In this document: positions 40,600 through 51,900 of the stretch, one piece after another | Layout of the letters: every line of letters starts with the position of its first letter | Numbering within the stretch: the stretch's first letter is position 1 | Assembly (NCBI RefSeq): GCF_044704955.1 | Contig: NC_091999.1 | Coordinates: forward strand, 23,002,001 to 23,062,886 | Direction: 5' to 3' | Length of the DNA: 60,886 bases | Origin: Pristiophorus japonicus | Taxonomy: Eukaryota | Notes under the pieces: generated by a model | What the model saw: the letters and a program-made list of their open reading frames with translations, nothing else | The model's database searches: none | What the model was told of the DNA's origin: nothing | Translations under genes and position numbers: made by a program

Positions 40600-41250
40600 T
40601 ATGTTTATATTCTGATGTGTTTTGTGCGCTTTACTGTTTGCATAGGTGTGGATCATGATCTCTTGTTTTCGTTTTCCCTGTGTTTGTGTTTTAATATGTA
40701 ACTGTGTGTGTTATATATAATTGTGCACGTGTTTATGTAAGTGTGTGTATGTTTATATGTAAGTCTTTGTGTGTTTTTGTATATGTGTATTTACATATAT
40801 AAGTGTGCGTGTTATGTGTAGTAATGTGCATGTACCTTATGTGTATATGTAAGCGTTTTTGTATGTTGAGGTCTGTGTTTGTGTTTTTATGTGTAACTAT
40901 GTGAGTTTGAGTGTAACTGCGTGTGTATTTGTGTGTGTGATTTGTGTATGTGTGTTTGTGTTGATATGTGTGGTTATGCGTGTGTAAATCTGTGTGTTAA
41001 TGCGTCTGTTTGTGTACTTTGTGTAAGACTGTGTATGTTTACTCAAAGTTTCAGAGAGTACCAGTAACTGAGTCTGACAATAACAATGTGCATTATATTA
41101 TGGATACCTATATTATTCTGTGTTAGTGTGAAGATGTGTTTGTTTATTTGTAAGTCTGGGTGTGTTTGTATGGAAGTGTGCACTTACACAAAAACATGCA
41201 AACTTACACACAACCACGAACACACGTACACATAAAGACACACACTCATA
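40600..41250. repeat. TG-rich low-complexity tract in the IgM CH4-TM1 intron
   Basis: Degenerate (TG)n, with a short CA-rich segment at the right end. Confidence 0.85.
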
Positions 41251-41639
41251 TTTACAGGCATTCTCGCCCGCTCGATGTAAAAGTGTTTCCGTGTGAGACG
41301 CAATGTGATGTCAGTTGATGGATTTCAACAGTTCAACGATGGGCCTCGGACCTATCTTGGAGATAACCATGAAAAACCTGCAGAGGATTGAATAACTAGT
41401 TTACATTTTGACTATTAAAATTCAATCAGTTAATTTACGAATAACTGATATAGATTTAGCCAAATACTAGTTAAAGCTAAAATGTTGAACAATATTTATT
41501 ATACAATATGATGCATATGCGGCAAGTTTAACGTTTTCTGACTGCGAGTTGGAAACTATCATTTTACTTGTTGCTACTGAGTTCACAGAATAGAGATTGG
41601 TTGACTTCCCCTCTCTGCGGTAGGGACGGGGGGCGGATG

Positions 41640-41955
41640 GTGGGCGTGTGAGGTACATTGGGTTAACAATTGTCCTTTCCCATCTCTCTGGTGGTTGAGT
41701 TTGAGGTACATTGGATTAACAATTGTCCTTTCCCCTCTCTCTGGTGGTTGAGTGTGAGGTACATTGGGTTAACAATTGTCTTTTCCCCTCTCTCTGGTGG
41801 TTGCGTGTGAGGTACATTGGGTTAACGATTGTCCTTCCCCTCTCTCTGGTGATTGATTGTGAGGTTCCGGGTGTTAACTATTATCCTTTCCCCTCTCTCT
41901 GCTGGCGAATTGAAGGGACAGTGGGTTAACCATTCCCTGTCCTCTCTTTCTGGTG
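41640..41955. repeat. 53-bp tandem repeat, about 5-6 copies
   Basis: aggtacattgggttaacaattgtcctttcccctctctctggtggttgagtgtg at 41651, 41704, 41757 and onward. Confidence 0.92.
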
Positions 41956-42376
41956 TGATAATGGGAGGTGCAGTTCATGTACGTGTCTGGCCCTCTTTTC
42001 AGTTTGCAGAAGATGCGAAGCTTCAAAATAAAACTGGCCTCAATTCTGAAGGGATGGACAACATGAGAAACAGGGACACCAATATCTAAATGGCTGCATT
42101 TGTTTGTCGGAAATGGGAATGTCAAAGATTCCTCCAGTGGGAGGAAAGTTGCTGAAGTTACATTGAGGAAACCTGTCATGAAAGAGCTTCACCCAGTCTC
42201 CAACCAGTGGTTATTTGAGCTGGGAACTTTGGCTGTACAAGCCTTGGACCCGACTCCTGTAAATAGCCTGCTTAAGTTTAGCAGCCTCCCGCGTTCGCAA
42301 AAATGGGAAGCAAAACAATATTAATTGAGTGACTATGTATTTAACTCGCAATTGGAAGAAAAGGCCTTTACAGTAT

Positions 42377-42382
42377 TTTATT
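42377..42382 (-). promoter_or_regulatory. Polyadenylation signal of the secreted IgM form
   Basis: AATAAA on the minus strand about 30 nt after the tailpiece stop; an ATTAAA also lies at 42390-42395. Confidence 0.7.
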
Positions 42383-42410
42383 TAAGAATTTTAATGCAAT
42401 CGAGAGATTC

Positions 42411-42802
42411 TCATTGACAAGAATTCACCGTATCTACCAGCTTAAATGAAATGTTCACAAAAGTCGGTTTACCACTGGACTTATTGACGGTTCTGTTGGT
42501 GATCTTCAAGGGGATCGCTTCATGTCTCATCACACAGGAGTAAGAAACGCCGCTGGCCCACTCCTCGGCTGCAATGGATAGCAGGCTGTAGATGAAGAAG
42601 GAGCTGCTGCCGTTCTCCGCCATCACCTCGGTGTTCTTGTTGTTGCCGGAATCCACCAGCTTGTCATTCACGGTCCATTTGACGAAGATTTCTTAAGGGG
42701 AGAAACCTCTCATTAAGCAGTTGAAGGCTAAGAATGTTTGAACGGAGACTTCTTCTGCCGAGGGCAGGAGGACAGACACGGCCGGTTCCCGCGGTTCATT
42801 AG
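42411..42802 (-). pseudogene. IGHM: IgM CH4 exon plus secretory tailpiece
   Basis: The acceptor ctgcag is followed by [46 protein letters not shown]...[44 protein letters not shown]. There is an in-frame TAA at 42693-42695. The internal donor G|GTAAAC at 42473/42472 for the membrane form is intact; the tailpiece keeps N-I-S and the penultimate Cys. Confidence 0.95.
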
Positions 42803-43279
42803 CTGCAGAACAATTACATTAAAGGTCAATAAACTGGATAATTCCAGAGACAAAGAAACCGGTGGTTAGATGTGAGAGAAATGTGCTTTGTGCTGATTTT
42901 TAAAGGATTCCCTTTTTCCTCTCTGTGGCCTGTCTGCTTTACCGCACGGAGCAGAGGGGGATGCAATCAATCACTCTGGGTGCTTTAGGTGTAGGACTGG
43001 AAAATAACATAGCATTTTCTTCCCAACTGGTCACTTATGCTCCAAACGAGCCTCGTCCACCTAATTTTATCGAACACAAATAAAATATATTTCCCTTTTT
43101 CCCTCATGGACATATCCAGATTCCACTTAAGTGCATCATTTCGGGTCCCAGTCGGATTATTTAGTGGCATCAACATTTCAATTATCAGAACAGTCCATTA
43201 ATACACTTAATAGAGCCAATTAGCACATGCACGGAAATAGTCAGAGCGTCTCACTTGCTGCTACAATTTCTCCGCTCAT

Positions 43280-43577
43280 CCTTTTCCTTGCAGATGGAAT
43301 CTCTTATAGTCGCTATAATAATGGTGCCTCATCAAGGAGCAGAACTCATCACCGCTTAGCCAGGTTTGTTTCGAGATGTTTATGTTGCTGATGTCACTGT
43401 CGGGAGCTTCGCTGGTTTCGACGGCAATCTTTGATTTCCAAGTCTCCTTTTCTCGAGTCCTGGACACTTTGATTCCATAAGGACCATTAGACACGACACA
43501 GGATAATGTCTCAAGTAAGACCTGTTCTACTGACGGTTGCAGAACAGTGATTTCTGGATCGGTGCATTGGATATAAT
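43280..43577 (-). pseudogene. IGHM: IgM CH3 exon (disrupted)
   Basis: The acceptor ttcacag is followed by [41 protein letters not shown]...[13 protein letters not shown], then a frameshift into RDSICKEK. The conserved Trp is replaced by Arg and the donor reads ATGAGC instead of GTGAGC. Confidence 0.9.
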
Positions 43578-44315
43578 CTGTGAAGCAGAAATATAAATCA
43601 AGCCAAGCTTCATCTTCACAATCAGGGTAACAGCATGCAGCCTTCATTCCCCCAAGAAGAATAAATCACCTTTGAGATATCAAGCACTCGCTGTCGCTTA
43701 AACAAATCGTTATTGGAAGGACAACAGATTGGATACGTGTCCAGGAGACTCTTTAACACATTTTCTTTGTGTTTACATCCAGAGCCACCTGTAATGTGCT
43801 GTGAAGCAAATACCCGGCGTAAAACATTAAATACATTCGTGCACAATATTATTATGAACTGAATAGCGCTCTTCCTGAAAACCCTTGTTCCATTACGCCC
43901 GACTAAAGATCCTTGTGCCCAAACGTTATCACCGTTCTAAAAATGACTCTGCCCTACATTCAAGAGCTCAACACGAAACTTACACTGGCTCAAAACGAAT
44001 AACAAATCCAACTCAGGATTTTAGAATGGAAACGAAATAAAGTTAATATCCTGGTGTCTTGTGATTTTTGGGGCGATGAAAATGTACAAGCAGCGCTTGC
44101 AGCCCCCGTCCAAGGAGAAGTGAAAGGTCGGGAGAATGGCGTTCCAAGGGATCTTTTGAGTTTGGGAATCATGTGTAATGTTGGCGTGAAGTAGCTTTTT
44201 CATTTCTATCATTAGTGAGCCTTTATCATGCCTCGTTAAAAAATGTCAGAAGGAAATATGACATTCAGTCCATCAAGCCTGTTCCTCCATTCAATTAGTT
44301 CTTGGATGACCTGCA

Positions 44316-44526
44316 TGTTGTGTATCTGTATAGCATGCATTCCCATGTTCCGACACCAGGCAGCGCATCCCCTGAAGTCGCAAGGGATCCCAGCATCCCT
44401 TGGGAGCACTGTATATATGCCGGCATCTAAGGCCTGTTAATCATTCTGGAGTGTCTTAATAAAGACTGAGGTCACTCTTACTTTAACCTCCCTGTGTGCA
44501 GTCTCATCTGTGTTTGGAACACAATA
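44316..44526 (+). repeat. 5' LTR of Gypsy element
   Basis: TGTTGTG...CACAATA, containing a TATA-like box and AATAAA; direct repeat of 48693-48901. Confidence 0.92.
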
Positions 44527-47500
44527 ACTGGAGACGAGTATACGAATCCTACGCAAAGATGCACCAAACTGTGGGCATCCTGGAGAATTTCTCGGATGGT
44601 GAGGACTGGGAAGCCTATGTCGAACATCTAGACCAGTACTTTGTAGCCAACGAGCTGGATGGAGAAGGAAGCACTGGAAAAAGGAGAGCGGTCCTCCTCA
44701 TGGTGTGCGGGGCACCGACCTACAGTCTCATGAAGAGTCTTCTGGTTCTGATGAAACCCACAGATATGTCACATGAGGAGCAGTGTACACTGGTTCGGGA
44801 GCATCTTAACCTGAGAGAGAGCGTGTTGATGGCGAGGTATCGGTTCTACACATGCAAGCGATCTGAAAGTCAGGAATTGGCGAGCTGCGTCGCTGAGCTA
44901 AGGCAACTTGCAGGACAATGTGAGTTGAATGGCTACCTGGAGCAAATGCTCAGATTTTTTGTACTGGGTATTGGCCACGAGACCATCCTATGAAAATTTT
45001 GATCTGTAGAGACACCTACCCTCATTAAGGCCATTGCGATAGCACAGGCGTTTATGTCCACCAGTGAAAACAGCAAACAAATGTCTCAGTACACAAGTGC
45101 TAGCAATGTTCATAAATTAACTGGAACTGTGTTTTCGAGCAGAAATGTACAGAGCAGAACCAAGCAACTGCCAGCAGGCCTCAGGTGACCCAGATGACTC
45201 AGAGCCCGCAACAAAGGATGAATGCAAGGCAATTCACCTTGATGGCTTTGTGGAGGCTTCCATTCAGCTTAATCATGCCGCTTCAAAGGGTATGATTGCA
45301 AGAGCTGTGGAACAATGGAACACCTCCAACGAGCTTGCAGATGAGCTGCAAACTCGGCAAAATGTGCTAACCACCACGTGGCAGAGGAAGATCGGTCCAT
45401 GGCGGATCAAAGCTATTTCGAGCCACAGAGAGTGGAGGCAGATGCTGAAATACACTGGGTTCACACATTTTGGATGAAATGTCCACCTATAATGCTAAAT
45501 ATAAAAGAGAATTGCTTACCCGTAGCCATTGAACTGGACACTGGCGCGAGCCAATCTATCATGAGTAAAAAGATGTTTCAGAGACTGTGGTGCAACAAGG
45601 CACTCAGACCATCCCTGAGCCCCATCCACACGAAACAGATAACTTGCACCAAAGAGCTTATCACTGTCCTGGGCAGCGCCATCGTCAAGGTCACCTACGA
45701 GGGCATGGTGCATAAACTTCCACTCTGGAATGTCCCGGGGGATGACCTCACACTGCTTGGAAGGAGCTGGCTGGGCAAAATCTGCCGGAACTGGGATGAC
45801 ATCCGAGCGCTATCACATGTCGATGAGGCCTCATGTACCCAGGTTCTTAAAAAATGTCCTTCCTTTTTGAGCCAGGCATTGGAAACTTTTCCGGGCGAAG
45901 GTGCCACTTGGTCCCAGAGGCACGACCCTTTCACCACAAGGCGCGAGCGGTACTGCACATGATGAGGGAGAGAGTGGAAATCGAGCTGGACAGGCTGCAA
46001 CGCGAGGGCATGATCTCCCCAGTAGAATTCAGCGAGTGGGCCAGCCCGATTGTTCCAGTACTCAAAAGTGATGGCACGGTCAGGATTTGTGGCGATTATA
46101 AAGTAACTATTAATCGTTTCTCTCTACAGGACAAATACCCACTACCTAAGGCAGATGACGTATTTGTGACGCTGGCAGGAGGCAAGATGTTGACCAAGCT
46201 CGACCTGACTTCGGCCTACATGATGCAAGAGCTGGAGGAGTCTTCGAATGGCCTCACCTGCATCAACACGCAAAAGGATTGTTCATCTACAACAGATACC
46301 CATTTGAACTCGGTCGGCTGCAACGACCTTCCAGAGAAACACGGAGAGCCTACTCAAGTCAGTACCCCGCACGGTGGTTTTTCAGGACGACATATTGGTC
46401 AAAGGTCGGGACACCATCGAGCACCTACAAAACTTGGAGGAGGTCCTTCAGCGACTGGATCGCATAACGCTGGGGCTGAAGAGGTCGAAATGCATCTTCA
46501 TGGCAACAGAAGTTGTGTTTTTGGGGAGAAGTATCACGGCCGATGGCATTTGGCCCACAGATGCCATGACAGAGGCTGTCAGGAACGCTCCCAGGACACA
46601 GAACGTCATAGAGCTGCGGTAGTTCCTGGGACTCCTCAACTATTTTGGTTACTTCCTACCGGGGTTAAGCATCCTCTTAGAGCCCCTACATGTGTTATTG
46701 CCTAAAGGTGAGAACTGGTTATGAGGAGAAAAACAAGTAATTGCTTTTGAGAAAGCCAGAAATATTTTATGCTCCATCAAGCTGCTTATATTGCATAACC
46801 CGTGTAAAAGACTTGTGCTAGCATGTGATGCGTCGTCGTACAGAGTCGAGTGTGTATTACAACAAGGTAACAATGCGGGGAAGTTGCAACCTGTCGCCGA
46901 TGCCTCCAGGAGCTTGTCTAAGGCCGAGCGGGCCTACAGAATAATTGAGAAAAAGGCATTAACGTGTGTGTTCGGGGTAAAGAAAATGCATCAGTAACTG
47001 TTTGGCCTCATATTTGAGCTGGAAACCGATCACAAGCCCCTCATATCCCTGTTCACTGAAAACAAGGGGATAAATACTAATGCCTCATCCCGCATACAAA
47101 GGTGGGCACTCGCGCTATCAGAGTATAACTATACCATCCGCCACAGGCCAGGCACCGATAACTGTGCAGTTGCCTCAGTTGGCTACCATTGCCCACCACG
47201 GGGGTGGAAATGGCGCAGCCTGCAAACTTATTGACGGTGGCGCAACCCGCAGACTTGTTAATGGGCATGGAAGCGTTTGCAAATGATAAATCACCGATCA
47301 CGGACCACCAGATTCGGACTTTGACCAGCCAAGAACCTCTTCTGTCCCTAGTAAAAAACTGTGTACTGCATGCGAGCTGGGCCAGCAAACACATTGAAAT
47401 GCAAAAGCTAATCAAGCCGTTCCAGCGGCAAAAGGACAAGCTCTCCATTCAGGCAGACTGCCTGTTGTGCAGTAACCACGTAGTGCTACCCAAAAAGTGC

Positions 47501-48692
47501 AGGGAGACGTTCACCTCGGATCTCCAAAGCATACCACCGGGTATAGTAATGATGAAAGCGATAGCCAGATCCCACGTGTGGTGGCCCGATATCGACTCTG
47601 ACATGAAGTCTTGTGTACGCCAATGCAGCATGTGTGCTCAGTTGAGCAACACGCCCAGAGAGGCACCACTAAGTTTGTGGTCCTGGCCCTGCAGACCATG
47701 ATCGAGGATCCATGTCGACTATGCGGGCCCGTTTCACGGTATAATGTTCCTGGTGGTGGTGGATGATTTTTCAAGATGGATTGAATGTGAAATAATGTCG
47801 GGAAGCACCGCCACCGCCATCATTGAAAGCCTGAGGGCCATGTTTGCCGCCCACGGCCAGCCTGACATACTGGTCAGTGACAACGGGCCATGTTTCACCA
47901 GTGCCGATTTTAAAGAATTCATGACCCGCAATGGGATCAAACATGTTACCTCCGCCCCGTTTGAACCATCCTCCAATGGGCAGGCAGAGCGGGCAGTACA
48001 AACAATCAAACAGAGCCTCAAACAAGTCACAGAAGGCTTACTCCAAACCCGCCTGTCCCGAGTACTGCTCAGCTACTGCACGTGACCCCACTCATTCACA
48101 GGGGTTCCCCCAGCTGAGCTACTCATGAAAAGGACACTTAAAACCAGACTCTCACTGGTTCACCCCAACCTGCATGACCAGGTAGAGAGCAGGCGGCAGC
48201 AACAAAATGTAAACGATGGTCGCGCCTCTGTGTCACGGGAAATTGATCTGAATGACCCTGTGTATGTGCTAAACTATAGACATGGTCCCAAGTGGATCGC
48301 GGGCAGGGTGAAAGCTAAAGAAGGGAGTAGGATGTTTGTACTCAAACTAGGCAATGGACAAATTTGCAGAAGCACCTGGACCACACGAGGCTGTGGTTCA
48401 TAGACTGCCCTGAACAACCCACAACAGACACCAGCTTTTTAGAGCGCATAACACACACCAAAAGGATCAACAACACCACGCCGGACCAGGAAATCGAACC
48501 CATCACGCCCAACAGCCCAGCAATGCCAGGCTCACCCAGCAGGTCTGCAGGGCCAACAACACACCAGCCCAGCGAGGGCGCAGCCAACACACCAGAACCG
48601 ATATTTGTATCAAGGCCGTCCACCAGGGAAAGAAAGGCTCCCGACCGCCTCACCTTGTAAATAGTTTTCACTTTGATTTTGGGGGGGAGTGA

Positions 48693-48901
48693 TGCTGTGC
48701 ATCTGTAAAGTATGCACTCCCATGTTCCGCCACCAGGGAGCGCATCCCAAGAAGTCCCAAGGGCTCCCAGCATCCCTTGAGAGCACTGTATATAAACTGG
48801 CCCCGAAGGTCTGTTACTCACTCTGGAGTGTCTTAATAAAAACTGAGGTCACTGCTACTTTAACCTTCGTCTGAAGTCTCATCTGTGTTAGGAACACAAT
48901 A
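48693..48901 (+). repeat. 3' LTR of Gypsy element
   Basis: TGCTGTG...CACAATA, preceded by the polypurine tract at 48681-48692. Confidence 0.92.
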
Positions 48902-48929
48902 CTATACCTCAATATCATCGATCCGCCAC

Positions 48930-49380
48930 ATTTCTGTAACCCCTGATGCCCTTGCCTAACAAAGATGTATCAATCTCAGTTTTGACATTTTCAATTGATC
49001 CTCCGCCTCAACAGCTGTTGGGGGAGAGATTTCCAGATTACTATTATCATTTGTGTGAAAGAATCCTTCCTGACCTCATTCCTCAATGGGCTCGCTCGAA
49101 TTTAAAGTTTCTGCCCCTTGTTCTCAATCCCGCACCAAGGAAATATTTTCTCTCTACCCTAACAATTCCGTTTATCAAGTTAAACAACTTAGATCACCTC
49201 TTTACCTTCAAAATGCAAAGTAATACAAGCCTTTTCTGTGCTACCTGTCCTCATTATTTAAGCATTTTAGCCGCGGTATGATTCGGGTGAATTTGCATTG
49301 CACCCGTTCTAAAGCCGGTATATCCATCCTGCAGCGCGGTGCACGGAACTGAACACAATGTTCTAAATAGGGCAGGCGCC
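48930..49380 (-). mobile_element. Old CR1-like 3' fragment
   Basis: Reverse-complement resemblance to CR1 ORF2 C-terminal sequence. Confidence 0.6.
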
Positions 49381-49674
49381 CTTTCTAGCAGTGGGTCCTG
49401 AGACAGTTACCAGCAAAGGGTTCCAACACCTACTGTCGCTCCATCTCAGTATAAACCTGAGACCAAGGGCAGCAGACATATTGTCTGAAATTAGAGCAGA
49501 GGGAAAGCAAGAGCAAAATACTGCAGATGCTGCAATCTGAAATAAAAACAGAAAATAGTGGAAATCTCAGCGGGTCAGGCAGCATCTGTGGAGAGACAAA
49601 AAAGTTTCAGGTCGATGACCTTTCGTCAAGGCGAACATCTTGCGAGGTTATTAAATCCTGAACCATGAGGAATC

Positions 49675-50095
49675 CCGAATCAGAAGATTGTGGGTTCAAG
49701 TCGCACTCCACATTCTTGAACAGAAAATATAAGCTGCCACTCCCAGTGCAGTACTGCGGGAGCGCTGCATTGTGGGAGGTGCTGTATTTCGGATGAGATC
49801 GGAAACCAAGGCCCCATCTGCCCTTTGAATTGGATGGAAAATATCCCTCGGGGTTATTTCGAAGATGAGCAGGGCATTTCTCTCAGTTTTCCTGGACAAT
49901 ACTTACGCCTCAACAAACAGCACTAAACAAAAAGATTATCTGGTCATTATCACATTGCTGTTCGTGGGACCTTAGTCTCTGAAAATTGGCCGCCGCGATT
50001 TCTACAGTAAAACAGTGACCACAATTCAAGAAGAACTTCCTTGGCGGTAAAGCACTTTAGGACAACTGGAGTTCGGCCATGGCAGTTCTTTCTTT
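49675..50095 (+). mobile_element. tRNA-derived SINE with Deu-domain-like core (SacSINE1-like)
   Basis: B-box-like gggttcaagtc, core cagtgcagtactg.gggagcgctgca..ggaggtgc, and a tail resembling ttggc.gtaaagc.cttt.ggac. Confidence 0.65.
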
Positions 50096-50398
50096 TATAT
50101 TATAATGGAAGAAACCATAAAAAGCACGATTGTATATTAGAAATAGAGCTTCTCAGAATAAACCTCAGACTAAGGACACCTCATTCACTATCCGACATCA
50201 CCGCTCAGGGAAACCTTTGACGAGGTTATGGAATCCTGAACCGTGAGGGAACTTAAATTAGGACGTACAACGAAAGGAAGCCCAATCTGTATGTTTGGTA
50301 ATGAAAAAAGTACTGTGCTCTTTGCTAATTCGAATAAAAGCTCTGATTGACATCCGCGCTCATAATCATTTGGGACTTCACGGGGTTGTGTCCATTAT

Positions 50399-50688
50399 CG
50401 TGAGATCTGGCGAAGTTTCGGCTTTGTGTGAACCCTTGATGAGAGACCTGGCAGGTAGAGACAAGGGGCAATGTCAGCCGACTGGTCACCGAGAAGTTTC
50501 AGTTCACTTCACAGATGGGAGAGGTGACGAAGCCCTAATGCATGAGTTGACCAGTGCTCAGCCAATTCACGGTCAGTCCCTTTGGACGGAATTCGAGGAT
50601 TGAACACACAGCTGTTGCATATTTGATGCTGGTGATTTCTTCACGGACGTCAGCATGAGGATAACGGTTGAATGATGTACCACACGAT
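50399..50688 (-). pseudogene. IGHM: IgM CH2 exon (disrupted)
   Basis: Translates as ..HSTVILMLTS/(frameshift)[72 protein letters not shown]. It has two stops and a short deletion before the second Cys; the acceptor reads CAC and the donor reads AT. Confidence 0.88.
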
Positions 50689-50754
50689 GTGCAAGAATTT
50701 TTTTTATTGAGATTATTTATTGCAATCCAAACAATTAACAATTGTGAAGAGTTT

Positions 50755-51330
50755 TTTTCATAGAAACAGGCCATTCAGTCCAATAGGCTGATTTTTATGT
50801 TACACATGAGTCTCCTCTCTCCCTACTTCATCTCCACCTATCAACACCTTCGATCCCTTTATCCGTCGTCTAAGTATCTGCATTCCCCTGAAATGCATCT
50901 ATAATATTTGCCTCAATTACTACTACCAATGGTAGCGAGATCCACATTCCACCCACTCTCTGGGTGAAGAAGACCCTCCTGAATTCCCTATTGAATATCT
51001 TATATTTATGTGCCCTAGTATCAGGCTCCTACTCAAGCAGAAATATTTTCTACCCGACTAACCTTTCAAACCGCTTCATAATTTCAAAAAACTTTATTCG
51101 GTCAACCCTCAGCCTTCACTTTTCTTGAAAAAAAAATATCCCCAGCCGGTTTAATTATTCTTGGCAGTTAAAATCTTTCAGTTCTGGTATTCTCCTTGGA
51201 AATCTTTATTTGCACTTCTCCAGTGCTTCTGTATCATTCTTCTCATATGGAAGCCAGAACTATGCTCAGTAAATTAAGTGTGATTATGTCGATCAGAACT
51301 GAACACAGCATCCTAAGTGTGATATTGAGA
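50755..51330 (-). mobile_element. Old CR1-like 3' fragment
   Basis: ggccattcag.cc.., cactctctgggtgaagaag and ccagaact.t.c.cagta motifs of reverse CR1. Confidence 0.65.
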
Positions 51331-51379
51331 CAACACTTGTACACCTTTGAAGAATAACTCCATTCATCCCATAAGCGTG

Positions 51380-51900
51380 AACCCGCTTCTCGCTTTAATT
51401 TTCTGCTCCACTACCACTCTGACGTCTCCATCCTCAGTCTCTTACACGGTTCCAACGAATCTCAATGCAAGCACGAGGAATAGCACCTTATCTTCGATTT
51501 TACAGCATTATTTGCTCAATATCGAATTCAATAGAAATTCAGACCAGAACTTCCGCCTCTATGTTTTTCTGCCAAATGGCAGCAGTTGATGGTTCTGCCG
51601 TTCCCATTTATACTTCAAGTAGACCAAACATTTCTTTCTTAACTTGTCCCATTACCATCTCCTTTTGCCTAGCACCATCATCGCTTTTGTCTTTATATCA
51701 CTCTTGCCTTCCATTCTATCACAGATCTTACCATTTGTTCTTTACTCCACACCACCTAACCCTGACTCGAAACTTGCTTAATAATATTAAAAATATACAA
51801 CTGTTTCAACTTTTGATGAAGGGTCTTCGACCTGAAATCTTCAACCTATTTAACTCTCCACAGACACAGTCAGACCTGCTGATTATGGTCAGCATGTTCA
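51380..51900 (+). mobile_element. Penelope-like element fragment (GIY-YIG C-terminus and terminal repeat)
   Basis: SNESQCKHEE*HLIF resembles the Penelope R(K/L)EEQHLIF motif; it is followed by tgatgaagggtc..cgacctgaaa..ctctccacaga..gacctgctga. Confidence 0.65.

Larger units (their letters stand above)
44316..48901 (+). mobile_element. Full-length degenerate Ty3/Gypsy (Mag-like) LTR retrotransposon
   Basis: Two ~210-bp LTRs; a PBS-like TGGAGACGAG; gag (EDWEAYVEHLDQYFVAN); protease (LDTGAS); RT (WASPIVPVLKSDGTVRICGDYK, FQDDIL); RNase H (LACDAS); integrase (VSDNGPCF, SSNGQAERAVQ); PPT GGGGGGGAGTGA. There are many stops and frameshifts. Confidence 0.95.
39732..50688 (-). pseudogene. IGHM: Immunoglobulin mu heavy-chain constant region pseudogene (CH2-CH3-CH4/secretory-TM1-TM2 exons)
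   Basis: Five exons in the correct order on the minus strand whose translations match shark IgM motifs ([50 protein letters not shown]....DTVNSCQ, DSSDH...NIWTTASTFIILFFL). There are multiple stops, frameshifts and mutated splice sites. CH1 and V-D-J were not seen in the window. Confidence 0.93.

Noticed and set aside
42411-42802. Alternative assignment of the constant exons to IgNAR or IgW
   Set aside because: The CH2, CH3, CH4, tailpiece and TM motifs all match shark IgM as I recall it, and the exon order fits mu.
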